Source: Octopus sinensis (Eukaryota). Taken from it: 64,000 nucleotides of DNA. The notes below the pieces were generated by a model. It worked only from the letters and a program-made list of their open reading frames with translations. It was not told the origin of the DNA and ran no database searches. A program made the translations under genes and the position numbers. Positions within the stretch are counted from its first letter, which is position 1, and each line of letters starts with the position of its first letter. Where the stretch lies: contig NC_043002.1 in the NCBI RefSeq assembly GCF_006345805.1, positions 108,438,001-108,502,000 on the forward strand, given 5' to 3'. Shown here piece by piece: positions 36,740 through 50,431 of this stretch.

Positions 36740-38150
36740 ACCAAAACATGCAACAAAATGGAACCACATCATTCTCAGCTTTCGTTGACTTGGAGAAAGC
36801 ATTTAACAGTGTAGCATGTTCAGTAATTTGGTGGATTCTGAGAAAACTAGGTGTGGATGAAAGGCTTGTGTGAGTGGTTCAAGCTATGTACAAAGAGAGA
36901 GTTGGCAATAACCTCAGTGATGAATTTTGTGTGAAGGTAGTTCATTAAGGTTCAGTCCTTAGTCCTCCTCATCATAATCTTCCAAAGCATCACTAAAGAG
37001 TTAAGACTGGCTGTCCATGAGAACGCCTTTATGCTGATAATCTAACCCTGAGAGCTGAATCTTATTTCCTTATGCAGGAGCTAAACACAGAGGGGACAAA
37101 CAAGGACAGCCAAAGGGACTAAGTCAATTACATCAACCCCAGTGTCTAACTGGTACTTAATTTATTGACCCCGAAAGGATGAAAGGCAAAGTCAACCTCG
37201 GCGGAATTTGAACTCAGAACGTTAAAGACAGATGAAATACCGCTAAGCATTTCGCCTGGCATGCTAACGTTTCTGCCAGTTCGCCTCCTTAATCTATAGG
37301 TTAAGTTAGCTGAATCTAAAGGGAAATTAGAGAAGAAATTCCAAGGATGAAAGCTGAACTTAGAATTGAGGGGGCCTTAAGATTAACCTGTCAAACACTA
37401 AGGTTTTAGTAAACAGGAAAGACAACAGGACCCTGGTACTTTTAGGGAAATGGCTTTGCTCTTTATGTAGAAAAGGGGTCAGTGGAAACGCTACACACTT
37501 TACTTGATGTAAGCTATGGGCACACAAGAGATGCAGTGGAATGGAAGCTTGTATGCAGTAGAACAGTATGTAAAAGCATGCTTGAAACAGTTTCTTAAAT
37601 GCCAAGATGACTCATTAGAAGTAGTTGATGGCTTTTGTTACCTAGGAGATGTAATTAGCAAAGGAAGTAATTGCTCTGAGAGTTTAGTTGCTAGAGAAAA
37701 GAACTGGTTGGAGAAAGTTCCGGAAGCTACTATCATTGTTGACAACAAAGATCTTTTCCCTAAGAGTGAAGGACAAATTGTATGATGCTTGTGTTAGAAC
37801 TGTAATGCTGCATGGTAGTGAGACATGGGCCTTGAATATCGAGAATGTGAAGAAAATGGAAAGAAATGAAGTGAGCATGCTTCATTGGATGTGCAATGTG
37901 AGTGTGAGTGAAAGAATTAGCAAAAAGCTGCCGAGTGAAAAACTGGGTGTAAGCAGTATCAGACATGTGAAGCATATGAATGAGGAAGCTGTATAAATGA
38001 TTGCTGTTTAATGTGGCTGGAACCTGTGGAAGAAGAAGACCCAGGAAGACATGGGATGGAGTGGTGAACGTTGATCTTAGGACCCTTAGCCTGATGGATG
38101 AGATGACAAAGAACCAGGGTTTCTGGTGATATGAGGTTCTTAAAAAGATT
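36740..38150 (+). pseudogene. Decayed RTE-clade LINE RT and C-terminal region, interrupted by SINE C (37064-37290)
   Basis: AFVDLEKAFNSV..IWWILRKLGVDE, GSVLSPLL, LEVVDGFCYLGDVIS, GWRKFRKLLSLL..KDKLYDACVRTVMLHGSETW. Many disruptions. Confidence 0.85.
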
Positions 38151-39005
38151 CACCTTTGGGTTCTCCACCTGTTATACTGACTCCCACCCCTCATGCATTA
38201 AGGGCATCCAACCCTAAAAAGCATGCCAATACAGACATTGGAGCTTGATGCAATTCTTGGACACCTTGGTTCCTGTTACACTGTCCAACCTATGCCAGCA
38301 TGGAACATGGATATTAAATTTTGATAATGATGTGTGTATGTGTGCATATGTTTTGAAGTTTACCAATTGAACGCATAAAACTAAAATTCAATAAGAAACC
38401 AAGTATCATAAAATACACTCAAATGGTTTTGGGGTGGTCCCCCCTCCCTCTGTACATTTGAAATTCAAATTTGAAACTAAGTCTTTCTATGTTGTTATAG
38501 GTTGTTCCAGATTTTGCTGTTGGAAGTGCCCTTAATGATTGAATTATACAGTTGACATTTCTACATCAGTCAAAAGAAAAACTCTTTCACTTGCAAAGTT
38601 ATTGCCATGCATCCACTAGTTTCAGTTGATAGTAATAGATGTTTACATCTATGACACATAAAAAGCACCAACCAATCGTGGCCATTGCCAGCCTCCTCTG
38701 GCCCCTGTGCTGGTAGCACATAAAAAAGCATCCACTACACTCACGGAGTGGTTGGCATTAGGAAGGGCATCCAGCTGTAGAAACACTGCCAGATCTGACT
38801 GGCCTGGTGCAGCCTTCGGGCTTCCCAGACCCCAGTCGAACCGTCCAACCCATGCTAGCACAGAAAATGGATGTTAAACGATGATGATAATGAAGCTATT
38901 ATCGTTCTGCTTTATGTAAGTTTTCTTATGTTCATTGTTTTGTTTCAATATCTGTTTCTTTACTTTACCTGTGTATGTAGAATTTTCATTCAGTTTTAAG
39001 TTTTC

Positions 39006-39367
39006 TTATCACCTCTGCCTTAGCAAAGGTGGAGGTATTGTTTTCAGTTGCGTTTGTTTGTTTGTTTGTCTGTGGACAAGATATCTCAAGAACCGCTGGA
39101 TGGATTTGGTTGAAACTTTCAGGAATGTTTGGCCTCATGACTGGCACAAACTGATTAGATTTTGGGATCAATCCAGTACCAGACAAGGATTCTGGATTAT
39201 TTTTCCAGCTTTTTTACTTAATTTTTGAGAGCGGTTGGGTTCATTTTTAGTATTCTCGTTTGTGAGAGCAGTCGAGTTTATTTCAGATATTCTCATTTAA
39301 AAAAATCATCTCTGGAGGACATTGGTGTTGCCTTGGTAGAGGTTTGCACTCTTAGAGTGCTCTTGTT
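39006..39367 (+). mobile_element. Helentron/DINE-1-type non-autonomous element
   Basis: Sub-terminal inverted repeats ACCTCTGCC and GGTAGAGGT, a gtttgtttgtct microsatellite near the 5' end, a 3' palindrome GCACTCTTAGAGTGC, T-rich flanks. Confidence 0.65.
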
Positions 39368-40464
39368 TTTAAAAGGTGATGTCATTTCACTTCTACGTTT
39401 TCCTTTTCAAAGTATCATTCCACAAATCAAAATAGGTTCAACATATGCCAATAAGGGAGCTTTAGAAACGGCAGCTAAATCTCCCTTAAATCCCATCCTA
39501 CAGTATTACAAATAACACATTACATAATATAGACCAGAATACATCCTCATCATTGACAGGATCTATCAAGCTGCAAGGAATTCACTGAGCTCCAGTGTTT
39601 GCTTTACAATAGATCCTACAGCTGGATGCACTTCATAGTGCCAATCACACCACAGAGTGTGTACTGGGTGCTTTTTACTTTGCACCAGCACTGGTGAGGT
39701 CACCGAGTAACTTGCAAAACAAGAAAATAATAATTGCCCTTGGCTGATTTGAGGATATTAGGGAGTAAAATGGGACTTTATACAAAATATGAGCAAATTT
39801 TTATGGTACAAGTGGGTGCATATCGGAAAGAATGCAAATAGAGGAACAGGGTGTGTAGAGGGGGTAATTTCATTAGAGTGTGAGAGGAGGGTGATGTATG
39901 GTTCGAGATGGGGGTAAAGGTATATGTATTAAGTTATGAACAAGCTTTAGAGCCTAACAAGCTGTCGATGGGGCTAGGCCCTTTATGGATGTGAAACCAT
40001 TGGTCACCTTATGACCGGGCGTTGACTTAACTAATTATAGTTACATCACTGCTCTATGCTTTAGTGTGTGCTTCTTTTTTGGACATACGATACATCGGCT
40101 GGCTTGTGCCAGTGGCACATAAAACACTCTATCCGAACGTGATCGATGCCAGGGCTGCCTGACTGGCTCCCATGTCAGTGGCACGTAAAAAGCACTCACT
40201 ACACTCTCGGAGTGGTTGGCGTTAGGAAGGGCATCCAGCTGTAGAAACTCTGCTAGATCAGATTGGAGCCTGGTGCAGCCTGCTAGCTTACCAGTCCTCA
40301 GTCAAACTGTCCAACCCATGCCAGCTTGGAAAGTCCCACTGTGTGGCACCTTGGGCAAGTATCTTCTGCTGTAGCCTTGGGCCAACCAAAGCCTTGTGAG
40401 TGGATTTGATAAACGGAAACTGAAAGAAGCCCATCGCATATATATGTGTGTGTGTGTGTGTGTG

Positions 40465-40479
<15 letters not shown>

Positions 40480-40502
<23 letters not shown>

Positions 40503-40796
40503 GGTCCCGGGTTGAGTCGGGGTTAACCACAGTAAATAAGGTACTCAATACATAGCAGAGTAAATTAATTTATTTTATAGAAGGAGCTTCTACAGGACTA
40601 GAACTGTTTCATTCAAAAGAAATCATCAGGAAGCTTCCTGATGATTTCTTTTGAATGAAACAGTTCTAGTCCTGTAGAAGCTCCTTCTATAAAATAAATA
40701 TATATATGTATGTATGTGTGTATATGTATGTATGTATGTGTGTATATGTATGTATGTATGTGTGTATATGTATATATATATGTATGTGTGTATATG

Positions 40797-40836
<40 letters not shown>

Positions 40837-41109
40837 ATATGTATATATATATATATATGTATGTGTGTATATGTATATATATATATATATGTACATATGT
40901 ATGTATTTGTGTGTCTGTGTTTGTCCCCTCATTTGACAACTGATGTTGGTGTGTTTATGTCCCTGTAACTTAGCGGTTCGGCAAAAGTGAATGATAGAAT
41001 AAGTACTAGGCTTACGAAGAATAAGTCCTGGGGTTCATCTGTTTGACTAAAAGTGGTGCTCCAGCATGGCCGCAGTCAGCTGACTGAAACAAGTAAAACA
41101 GTAAAAGAG

Positions 41110-41150
<41 letters not shown>

Positions 41151-41656
41151 ACCTAATTAATCCATTGTTGCCCTTCAAACGAAGAAGAACATTCCAGATG
41201 TAGGAATGCCTGCAATCAACAGAAGACGCTTCTGTTCAGTTAATATTAGCCATTCTTCACAATGAATTGGTTGTCTTCATTTGATAAGTTTCACCAAGTG
41301 AACGAATATATTTACATTAATTAGGTGAGTCGTTGATTGTTTGAAGAGTGGAAGCTTTTCAACAACAACAACAACAGAAACAATAACATTTTTATTACGA
41401 TCAATAAAATTACTGTATCTCGTATGCTGACATTACTCTGTGTGTGTGTGTGGGGGGGGGGGGTAGAGTCATGGGTGTATGGTCTAGAAGTTACCTCCAG
41501 AGCTGTATAATCTTTCAGTTTAATTTTACTGTGCAGCACCTTAGGTAAAGTGGCTTCAACTGACCAATGCCTTGTGAGTGATACATGCAGAAGAAAACTG
41601 TAAGGAAGCCTGACGCTATATATGCATATACATATATGTATGTGTGTGTGTGTGTG

Positions 41657-41696
<40 letters not shown>

Positions 41697-41986
41697 GGTC
41701 CCGGGTTGAGTCGGGGTTAACCACAGTAAATAAGGTACTCAATACATAGCAGAGTAAATTAATTTATTTTATAGAAGGAGCTTCTACAGGACTAGAACTG
41801 TTTCATTCAAAAGAAATCATCAGGAAGCTTCCTGATGATTTCTTTTGAATGAAACAGTTCTAGTCCTGTAGAAGCTCCTTCTATAAAATAAATATATATA
41901 TGTATGTATGTGTGTATATGTATGTATGTATGTGTGTATATGTATGTATGTATGTGTGTATATGTATGTATATATATGTATGTGTG

Positions 41987-42029
<43 letters not shown>

Positions 42030-42870
42030 ATATGTATATATATATATATGTATGTGTGTATATGTATATATATATATATGTATGTGTGTATATGTATATA
42101 TATATATATATGTACATATGTATGTATTTGTGTGTCTGTGTTTGTCCCCTCATTTGACAACTGATGTTGGTGTGTTTATGTCCCTGTAACTTAGCGGTTC
42201 GGCAAAAGTGAATGATAGAATAAGTACTAGGCTTACGAAGAATAAGTCCTGGGGTTCATCTGTTTGACTAAAAGTGGTGCTCCAGCATGGCCGCAGTCAG
42301 CTGACTGAAACAAGTAAAACAGTAAAAGAGATACACACACACACACACACACACACATACAACCTAATTAATCCATTGTTGCCCTTCAAACGAAGAAGAA
42401 CATTCCAGATGTAGGAATGCCTGCAATCAACAGAAGACGCTTCTGTTCAGTTAATATTAGCCATTCTTCACAATGAATTGGTTGTCTTCATTTGATAAGT
42501 TTCACCAAGTGAACGAATATATTTACATTAATTAGGTGAGTCGTTGATTGTTTGAAGAGTGGAAGCTTTTCAACAACAACAACAACAACAGAAACAATAA
42601 CATTTTTATTACGATCAATAAAATTACTGTATCTCGTATGCTGACATTACTCTGTGTGTGTGTGGGGGGGGGGGGGTAGAGGCATGGGTGTATGGTCTAG
42701 AAGTTACCTCCAGAACTGTATAATCTTTCAGTTTAATTTTACTGTGCAGCACCTTAGGTAAAGTGGCTTCAACTGACCAATGCCTTGTGAGTGATACATG
42801 CAGAAGAAAACTGTAAGGAAGCCTGTTGGCTATATATGCATATACATATATGTATGTGTGTGTGTGTGCG
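40480..42870. repeat. Tandem duplication of about 1.19 kb
   Basis: taggtcccgggttgagtc at 40501 and 41695 (offset 1194). Copies are nearly identical apart from microsatellite lengths and a few substitutions. Confidence 0.9.
40500..40699 (-). mobile_element. Fold-back element: perfect 132-bp loopless palindrome plus 68-bp tail
   Basis: 40568-40699 is self-complementary around AAG|CTT. Each arm contains CTGATGA-12 nt-GAAAC. It sits in the (TA)n of a SINE A. Duplicate at 41694-41893; short relative at 61843-61938. Confidence 0.85.
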
Positions 42871-42878
42871 TGTATATG

Positions 42879-42916
<38 letters not shown>

Positions 42917-43011
42917 CTCGTAGATATATGCACAAACACACACATAAAATAAACAAAACCTAAATTTGTTTAATATACACACATTAACTTCACAAATAAG
43001 AATTAAATTAT

Positions 43012-45269
43012 TTTCTTCTCTAGGCACAAGGCCCAAAATATTGGGGGAGAGGGTCTGTCAATTACACTGACCCCAGTGTTCAACTGGTATTTAATTTATC
43101 GACCTTGAAAGGATGAAAGGCAAAGTCAACTTTGGCGGAATTTGAACTCAGAACGTAAAGATGGATAAAATACTGCTAAGCATTTTGCTCGACTTGCTAA
43201 CGTTTCTTATTTCTTTATTGCCCACAAGGGGCTAAACATAGAGGGGACAAACAAGGACAGACAAACGGATTAAGTCAATCACGTTGACCCCAGTGCATAA
43301 CTGGTACTTAATTTATCAGCCCTGAAAGGATGAAAGGCAAAGTCGACTTTGGCGGAATTTGAACTCAGGTTGTTATGGCAGACGAAATACTTATTTCTTT
43401 ATTGCCCACAAGGGGCTAAACATAGAGGGGACAAACAAGACAGACAAATGGATTAAGTCAATCACGTTGACACCACTGCATAACTGGTACTTAATTTATC
43501 AGCCCTGAAAGGATGAAAGGCAAAGTCGACTTTGGCGGAATTTGAACTCAGGTTGTTATGGCAGACGAAATACTTATTTCTTTATTGCCCAAGGGGCTAA
43601 ACATAGAGGGGACAAACAAGACAGACAAATGGATTAAGTCAATCACGTTGACACCACTGCATAACTGGTACTAATTTATCAGCCCTGAAAGGATGAAAGG
43701 CAAAGTCGACTTTGGCGGAATTTGAACTCAGGTTGTTATGGCAGACGAAATACTTATTTCTTTATTGCCCACAAGGGGCTAAACATAGAGGGGACAAACA
43801 AGACAGACAAATGGATTAAGTCAATCACGTTGACACCACTGCATAACTGGTACTTAATTTATCAGCCCTGAAAGGATGAAAGGCAAAGTCGACTTTGGCG
43901 GAATTTGAACTCAGGTTGTTATGGCAGACGAAATACTTATTTCTTTATTGCCCACAAGGGGCTAAACATAGAGGGGACAAACAAGACAGACAAATGGATT
44001 AAGTCAATCACGTTGACACCACTGCATAACTGGTACTTAATTTATCAGCCCTGAAAGGATGAAAGGCAAAGTTGACTTTGGCGGAATTTGAACTCAGGTT
44101 GTTATGGCAGACGAAATACTTATTTCTTTATGCCCACAAGGGGCTCTAAACATAGAGGGGACAAACAAGACAGACAAATGGATTAAGTCAATCACGTTGA
44201 CACCACTGCTAACTGGTACTTAATTTATCAGCCCTGAAAGGATGAAAGGCAAAGTCGACTTTGGCGGAATTGAACTCAGGTTGTTATGGCAGACGAAATA
44301 CTTATTTCTTTATTGCCCGCAAGGGGCTAAACATAGAGGGGACAAACAAGACAGACAAATGGATTAAGTCAATCACGTTGACACCACTGCATAACTGGTA
44401 CTTAATTTATCAGCCCTGAAAGGATGAAAGGCAAAGTCGACTTTGGCGGAATTTGAACTCAGGTTGTTATGGCAGACGAAATACTTATTTCTTTATTGCC
44501 CACAAGGGGCTAAACATAGAGGGGACAAACAAGACAGACAAACGGATTAAGTTGATCACATTGACCTCACTGCGTAACTGGTACTTAATTTATCAGCCCT
44601 GAAAGGATGAAAGGCAAAGTCAACTTTGGCGGAATTTGAACTCAGGTTGTTATGGCAGACGAAATACTTATTTCTTTATTACCCACAAGGGGCTAAACAT
44701 AGGGGGGACAAACAAGGACAGACAAACGGATTAAGTTGATCACATTGACCTCACTGCATAACTGGTACTTAATTTATCAGCCCTGAAAGGATGAAAGGCA
44801 AAGTCAACTTTGGCGGAATTTGAACTCAGGTTGTTATGGCAGACGAAATACTTATTTCTTTATTACCCACAAGGGGCTAAACATAGAGGGGACAAACAAG
44901 GACAGACAAACGGATTAAGTTGATCACATTGACCTCACTGCGTAACTGGTACTTAATTTATCAGCCCTGAAAGGATGAAAGGCAAAGTCAACTTTGGCGG
45001 AATTTGAACTCAGATTGTTATGGCAGACAAAATACTTATTTCTTTATTACCCACAAGGGGCTAAACATAGAGGGGACAAACAAGGACAGACATAGGTATT
45101 AAGTCGATTACATCAACCCCAGTGCGTAACTGGTACTTAATTTATCGACCCCGAAAGGATGAAAGGCAAAGTCGACCTCGGCGGAATTTGAACTCAGAAC
45201 GTAGCGCCAGACGAAATACTGCTAAGCATTTCGCCTGGCGTGTTAACATTTCTGCCAGCTCGCCGCCTT
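43012..45269 (-). repeat. Tandem array of SINE-C-derived units (11 units of about 183 bp plus a partial lead unit)
   Basis: Unit starts (ttatttcttta) near 43207, 43391, 43574, 43754, 43937, 44120, 44302, 44485, 44668, 44852 and 45036. Only the last unit has a complete tRNA-like head. Confidence 0.95.
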
Positions 45270-46977
45270 TCAGAACTAAATTGATCATACAACTGACTGC
45301 TCATTATCCTCATGACCAACAAAGAATCCACCACTGAGTCAGAGATGACCTGAGGTTAAACAAGAACAACAGCACCAACACCAACACTTACCATGCCGTC
45401 ATTTAAGCAGATGACATTTCAATTCCATAAACAATATTCCTGTTTACACTTGATATAATGTTCAACATTTACGACATGTTGTTACTGCTTCCACTCTCTC
45501 TCTCTCTCTCTCTGCTATAACTGCTTTGATATCATAATACACACATTGTGTCATATATTGGCCAACATGGTCACAAACTAGATTTATCTCATGTTATTTT
45601 ACTTTTCACATCCCAGCTACCAGAGGTCTCATGCTTGAATCTAGGATAGGTATTTGCTGCTGTTGCTGTTGTTGTTGTTGTTGCTAATATTTAACCCTTG
45701 GTCAGTTCTGAGTGATGAGTAAACTTATGAAAAAATCATGCCATGACCATCCAGTCTAGGTCTAATTTGGAATCAAGTAAAGAATACATTATCTCAGATA
45801 CGCATGTTTTCTTCCTCTTTTAACTTTGTGATTTAAGGGATATTAGCCTGTTCCCACTTAAGGAAAAATACATGATCCCCTACCTAAGGACCCCACCCTA
45901 ATTATAAACATCAGGACCTTTATCACCAGTCTTTCCACCATCACATCATCAGACCAAATCATCCACTCATGGTCACACATATTCACATACACCCGAAGGT
46001 TGGGCACCCACCCAATTCCCTCCCTACTCAAATATCAACTTTGCACACATAGCAACCCCCGCCCTCAACATCTTCACCCCCATATATGCATATTTACCTA
46101 TGAGACTCTTGCTACATTACAACACAGGTTTTCTTATTGGAGGTGGGTGGCAAGGGACATAATTCTTGGTGTATCCCTTGCTTATTTCATGTGACTTTGT
46201 TTTGTCTTTTTCACAACACTCACAAACCAAGTGTGACACTTCCGCACCTCCAGTATCAGAGAGGAGTCCCTATGATCATCCCTTACGTACCATATATATT
46301 TACATATATATATATATAAACACAAATTAATTAATGAAACATATACATATATACATATATGTATGCACCTACATCTACATGTATATATACATGCATATAT
46401 GGGTACAGGACACCAAAAAAACGTTGAACACGATGAGAAACGAAAACATAAACACAAAACCAAGGAAATGGACATTTTTCTTAAATAATGAAAAAATAGA
46501 GTACAGGAAAAAACACAAGGAAAATTCCCCTTCTTGTGTCCCAAGAAGGAAAGGAATGTAGCCAGCCCACTTATGCATTCCTTTCCTTCTTGGGACACAA
46601 AACTCCACTTGTGAAGACCTGTTGAGGCAAGTGAAAATCAAAATCATAATCGATCAACATCAATGGAATTTGTAGCTGTGATACCAGTGCTGGTGGCACG
46701 TAAGAGAACCATCTGAACATGGCCGTAGCCAGCGCCGCCCTAACTGGCCTCTGTGCTGGTGGCACGTAAAAAGCACCATCCGATCATGGCCGTTTGCCAA
46801 CCTCGTCTGGCACCTGTGCTGGTGGCACGTAAAAAGCACTCACGGAGTGGTTGGTGTTAGGAAGGGCATCCAGCTGTAGAAACACTGCCAGATCAGACTG
46901 GCCTGGTCAGCCTTCTGGCTTCCCAGACCCCAGTTGAACCGTCCAACCCATGCTAGCATGGAAAGCAGATGTTAAAC

Positions 46978-47008
<31 letters not shown>

Positions 47009-47499
47009 GGCTTCTTTCACTTTCAATGTACCAGGTTCACTCGCAGGGCTATAGTTGGCCCATGGCTATAGACATGCTTCCAACTATCACACAATGGAAC
47101 TGAACCCAAAATTACTTGGTTAGCAAGTAGGCTTCTTAACCACACATCTAAAGTGTCTTAGGACATGTTTTTAATGAAATCTCTGCTCCATCAAGGCCAA
47201 CATGGAACAAAATATCAACAACAACATTAACAGAAGTTTGTTGTTATTTTCTTATTTCTCATAATGGCCCCTATTTTTTGACTCCTGTTAATGTTCCTCC
47301 TTCTTAGGTTCTGTCTCTCTAAACCTGAAACAAAGCTTTTAATATGAGCTCTGACCTTTGACAGGCATAGGGTACCCCCTTCTGTCCTCTTTTGCCCACC
47401 CCCCTCTCCCCGGAAAGTCAAAGTCAATTTGTTCCAGTACCATCCAATCTGTTAGTTGAAATGTCAACTTGTTAAGGAGAATAATAATGTAATCCAATA

Positions 47500-47519
47500 T
47501 ATATACATACATATACACA

Positions 47520-47587
<68 letters not shown>

Positions 47588-47642
47588 GTATGTATGTATG
47601 TGTGTATGTATGTATATGTATAATATATATGTATGTATGTAG

Positions 47643-47675
<33 letters not shown>

Positions 47676-47710
47676 TACATGTATGAATATGTATGTATGT
47701 ATGTATGTAG

Positions 47711-47763
<53 letters not shown>

Positions 47764-47960
47764 TAGATAGATACATGTATATATGTATGTATGTATATGT
47801 ATGTATGTAGGAATATATATATATATATATATATAGATACATGTATGTATATATGTATGTATGTATGTATATATATATGTATGTATACATATTTCCTTAT
47901 TTGTATACATGTATGTATGTGTGTATATATGTGCACATTATACACACACACACACACACG
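47500..47960. repeat. Compound (TA)/(TATG) microsatellite
   Basis: Direct inspection. A similar tract lies at 58050-58330. Confidence 0.95.
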
Positions 47961-48074
47961 TACACAACATATCTATCTTAAGTGACAACAAATGATTTAG
48001 AGAATATCGTTAATTGGGCAGGATATACGAGGGTGAACAAACTAAATAGAATAAATACTTGTTGCTGATGTTGT

Positions 48075-48106
<32 letters not shown>

Positions 48107-49780
48107 ATGTTGCCGCTCCCATGCCATTGATGATGATGACTCTGACTATGTCTTATGAACAGGAAGAAATGTCACAAAAAAGGATTATCTAATTTACCTT
48201 AAGACACTTTGTCACCCTGGGGTCAGTGATGGCTGGCATTTATTATTTAGCTGCAGGAAATCATTGTCTCATTTCTCAAACTTGTCTCTTGTACATTACA
48301 GGCCATTTCCTCATCATCATCCTCACACACACACACTTGACTGACCCAGCTGGAGCAGCAAGATTTTCATCAACACAGATTTTTCCTTCAATTCATAGAC
48401 AAAGCTCTAAGATGTAAGATGGACTGCAAATGGCAGAGACACAGATGCTTTCTTTCAGAATTAGTTAATATAATTTCTTTTAGACACAGTAGTAGAAAAT
48501 ATTCAAATAAGACCTTCAAAGTGGAGAAGGGGGTCCATGGTCAAGCAGAAGTCAATCAGTTCTGTGAAGCAGGCAAAAGCTTCCATGAAAGGCTCAATGT
48601 TCATCAAATCATCATCATCATCATTTAATGTCTGCTTACCATGCTGGCATGGATTGGACAGTTTGAGTGACGAGGCTGCACCAAGCTGGGAGGCTGCATC
48701 AGGCTCCAATCTGATCTGACAAGATTTCTACAGCTTCCTAATGCCAACCACTCTGAGAGTTTAGTGGGTGCTTTTTACGTGCCACCAGCAGTCAGGCGGC
48801 ACTGGCAGTAACCATGCTCGAATGATGCTTTTTACATGCCACCAGCATGGGAGCCAGTCAGGCAGCACTGGCATCGGCCATGCTCGAATGATGCTTTTTA
48901 CGTGCCACAAGCACAGAAGCCAATCAGGCGGTACTGGCTCAGCCATGCTTGAATGGTGCTCTTTACATGCCACCAGCACAGAAGCCAGTCATGCGGCATT
49001 AGCAGCAACCATGCTTGACTGGTGCTTTTTACATGCCACCAGCATGGGAAGCAGTCAGGTGACACTGGCATCGACCATTCTTGGATGGTACATTTTATGC
49101 ACCACCAGCATGGGAGCCACTCTGGCAGCACTGGTATCGGCCATGCTTGAATGGTGCCTCTTACGTGCCAGTCAGGTGGCACCCGAATAAATGAATGAAA
49201 TGATATGACACAATTACTGAAAGAAAACTGCAGCCAGACTTTTGTTTAAATGGAATTGGGTCGATATTTTCAAACCTAAACTCAAAGAACACCTGTCCAT
49301 ATTATGCCCCTCTCATATTTCCAGTCAGTTAGCCAACCTAAAACTGATCTACCTGTATACATAGCTTAGTGGTTAGAGTGTTATACTCATGGATCTTTGG
49401 CTTGATTCCCAGACCATGTGGTGCATTGTGATCTTGAGCAAAACACTTCATTTCACATTACTCTATGATCATTTCATCATCTGATCTGACATGTGGCACA
49501 TCGTGCACCTGTAGAGTGATGTTGATTTGATGTAGAGAGGGAACTGATGTACAGCACATACATTTGATCACTATAAGCAAATGATCCCTGCAGCAAGAAA
49601 TTGCAGAACCCTTATACATTGTCTAACAAAACAAGAGTCTATGATGATGATTATGATATATATATATATACATACACACACACACACACATAATATATAT
49701 AAATACAGTGTACATTTAAACACATAAGAGGCATCCATCTTAGGACACTATGCTCATAGGGTACAGTTTATAAGGAATCA

Positions 49781-50431
49781 AATTTAAATGAGCAGAAAAT
49801 GGAGAAAACATTTCATCAACGAACAAACAAAATGATCAACATTGGTTAATTGTTTTTGAATACAAAACATAAAATAACATTTCTTACGGCCGTTTCGGCT
49901 GCCAATGTCAGTCAGTGCTTACAAAGAAAATTCCAAAAATAATATCTATCATCTTTATAGCACATTTGAGTTAGTACATGTAGTTTCATCAGAGAGAATA
50001 CATATACAAATACATAAAATAAAAGAAGAAAAAAGAACAGGGCCTTGAGATGAGGCCAGAAGGTTCAATAATAGTTGATTTGCTAGTTCACTCTTTTGCC
50101 TATCGACTTCAAGCTTCACACTGCAAAATGGTAGGATTCTAATATATTGAGCCTTCTGGTCTTGTCTCGAGGCCATGTTCTTTCCTCTTCCCTCTTCCCT
50201 TCTTTTATTTTATGGATTTGTATTCACTCTGATGAGGCTCCATGTACTATATTGAATGTGCTATAAAGATGACGAATATTGTTTTCAGAATTTTCTTTGT
50301 AAACATCGACTGACATCGGGTGCTGAAACGGCCGTAAGAAGTGTTATGTCTTATATTGAAAAATAATTAACCGATGTTGGTCAATTTGTTTGTTGATCAA
50401 AAGTTTTCTCCATTTTCTGCTTATTTAAATT
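49781..50431. mobile_element. Old fold-back element, about 290-bp diverged arms, hammerhead-like motif in each arm
   Basis: Arms about 49781-50070 and 50145-50431. Right arm has CTGATGA (50229-50235) and GAAAC-GGCC-GTA (50325-50336), mirrored in the left arm. Confidence 0.7.

Noticed and set aside
41151-41326. 11-bp inverted repeat ACCTAATTAAT/ATTAATTAGGT as MITE ends
   Set aside because: AT-rich and short, with no target duplication, and the only second copy comes from the tandem duplication.
43012-45269. CRISPR-like appearance of the regular array
   Set aside because: Whole units repeat with no unique spacers, the unit is a SINE derivative, and there are no cas genes in this eukaryotic context.
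46534-46600. 25-bp-arm hairpin as a novel structure
   Set aside because: It lies at the junction with a repeat-B-associated element and looks like a local fold-back of that repeat. One example only, with no added evidence.
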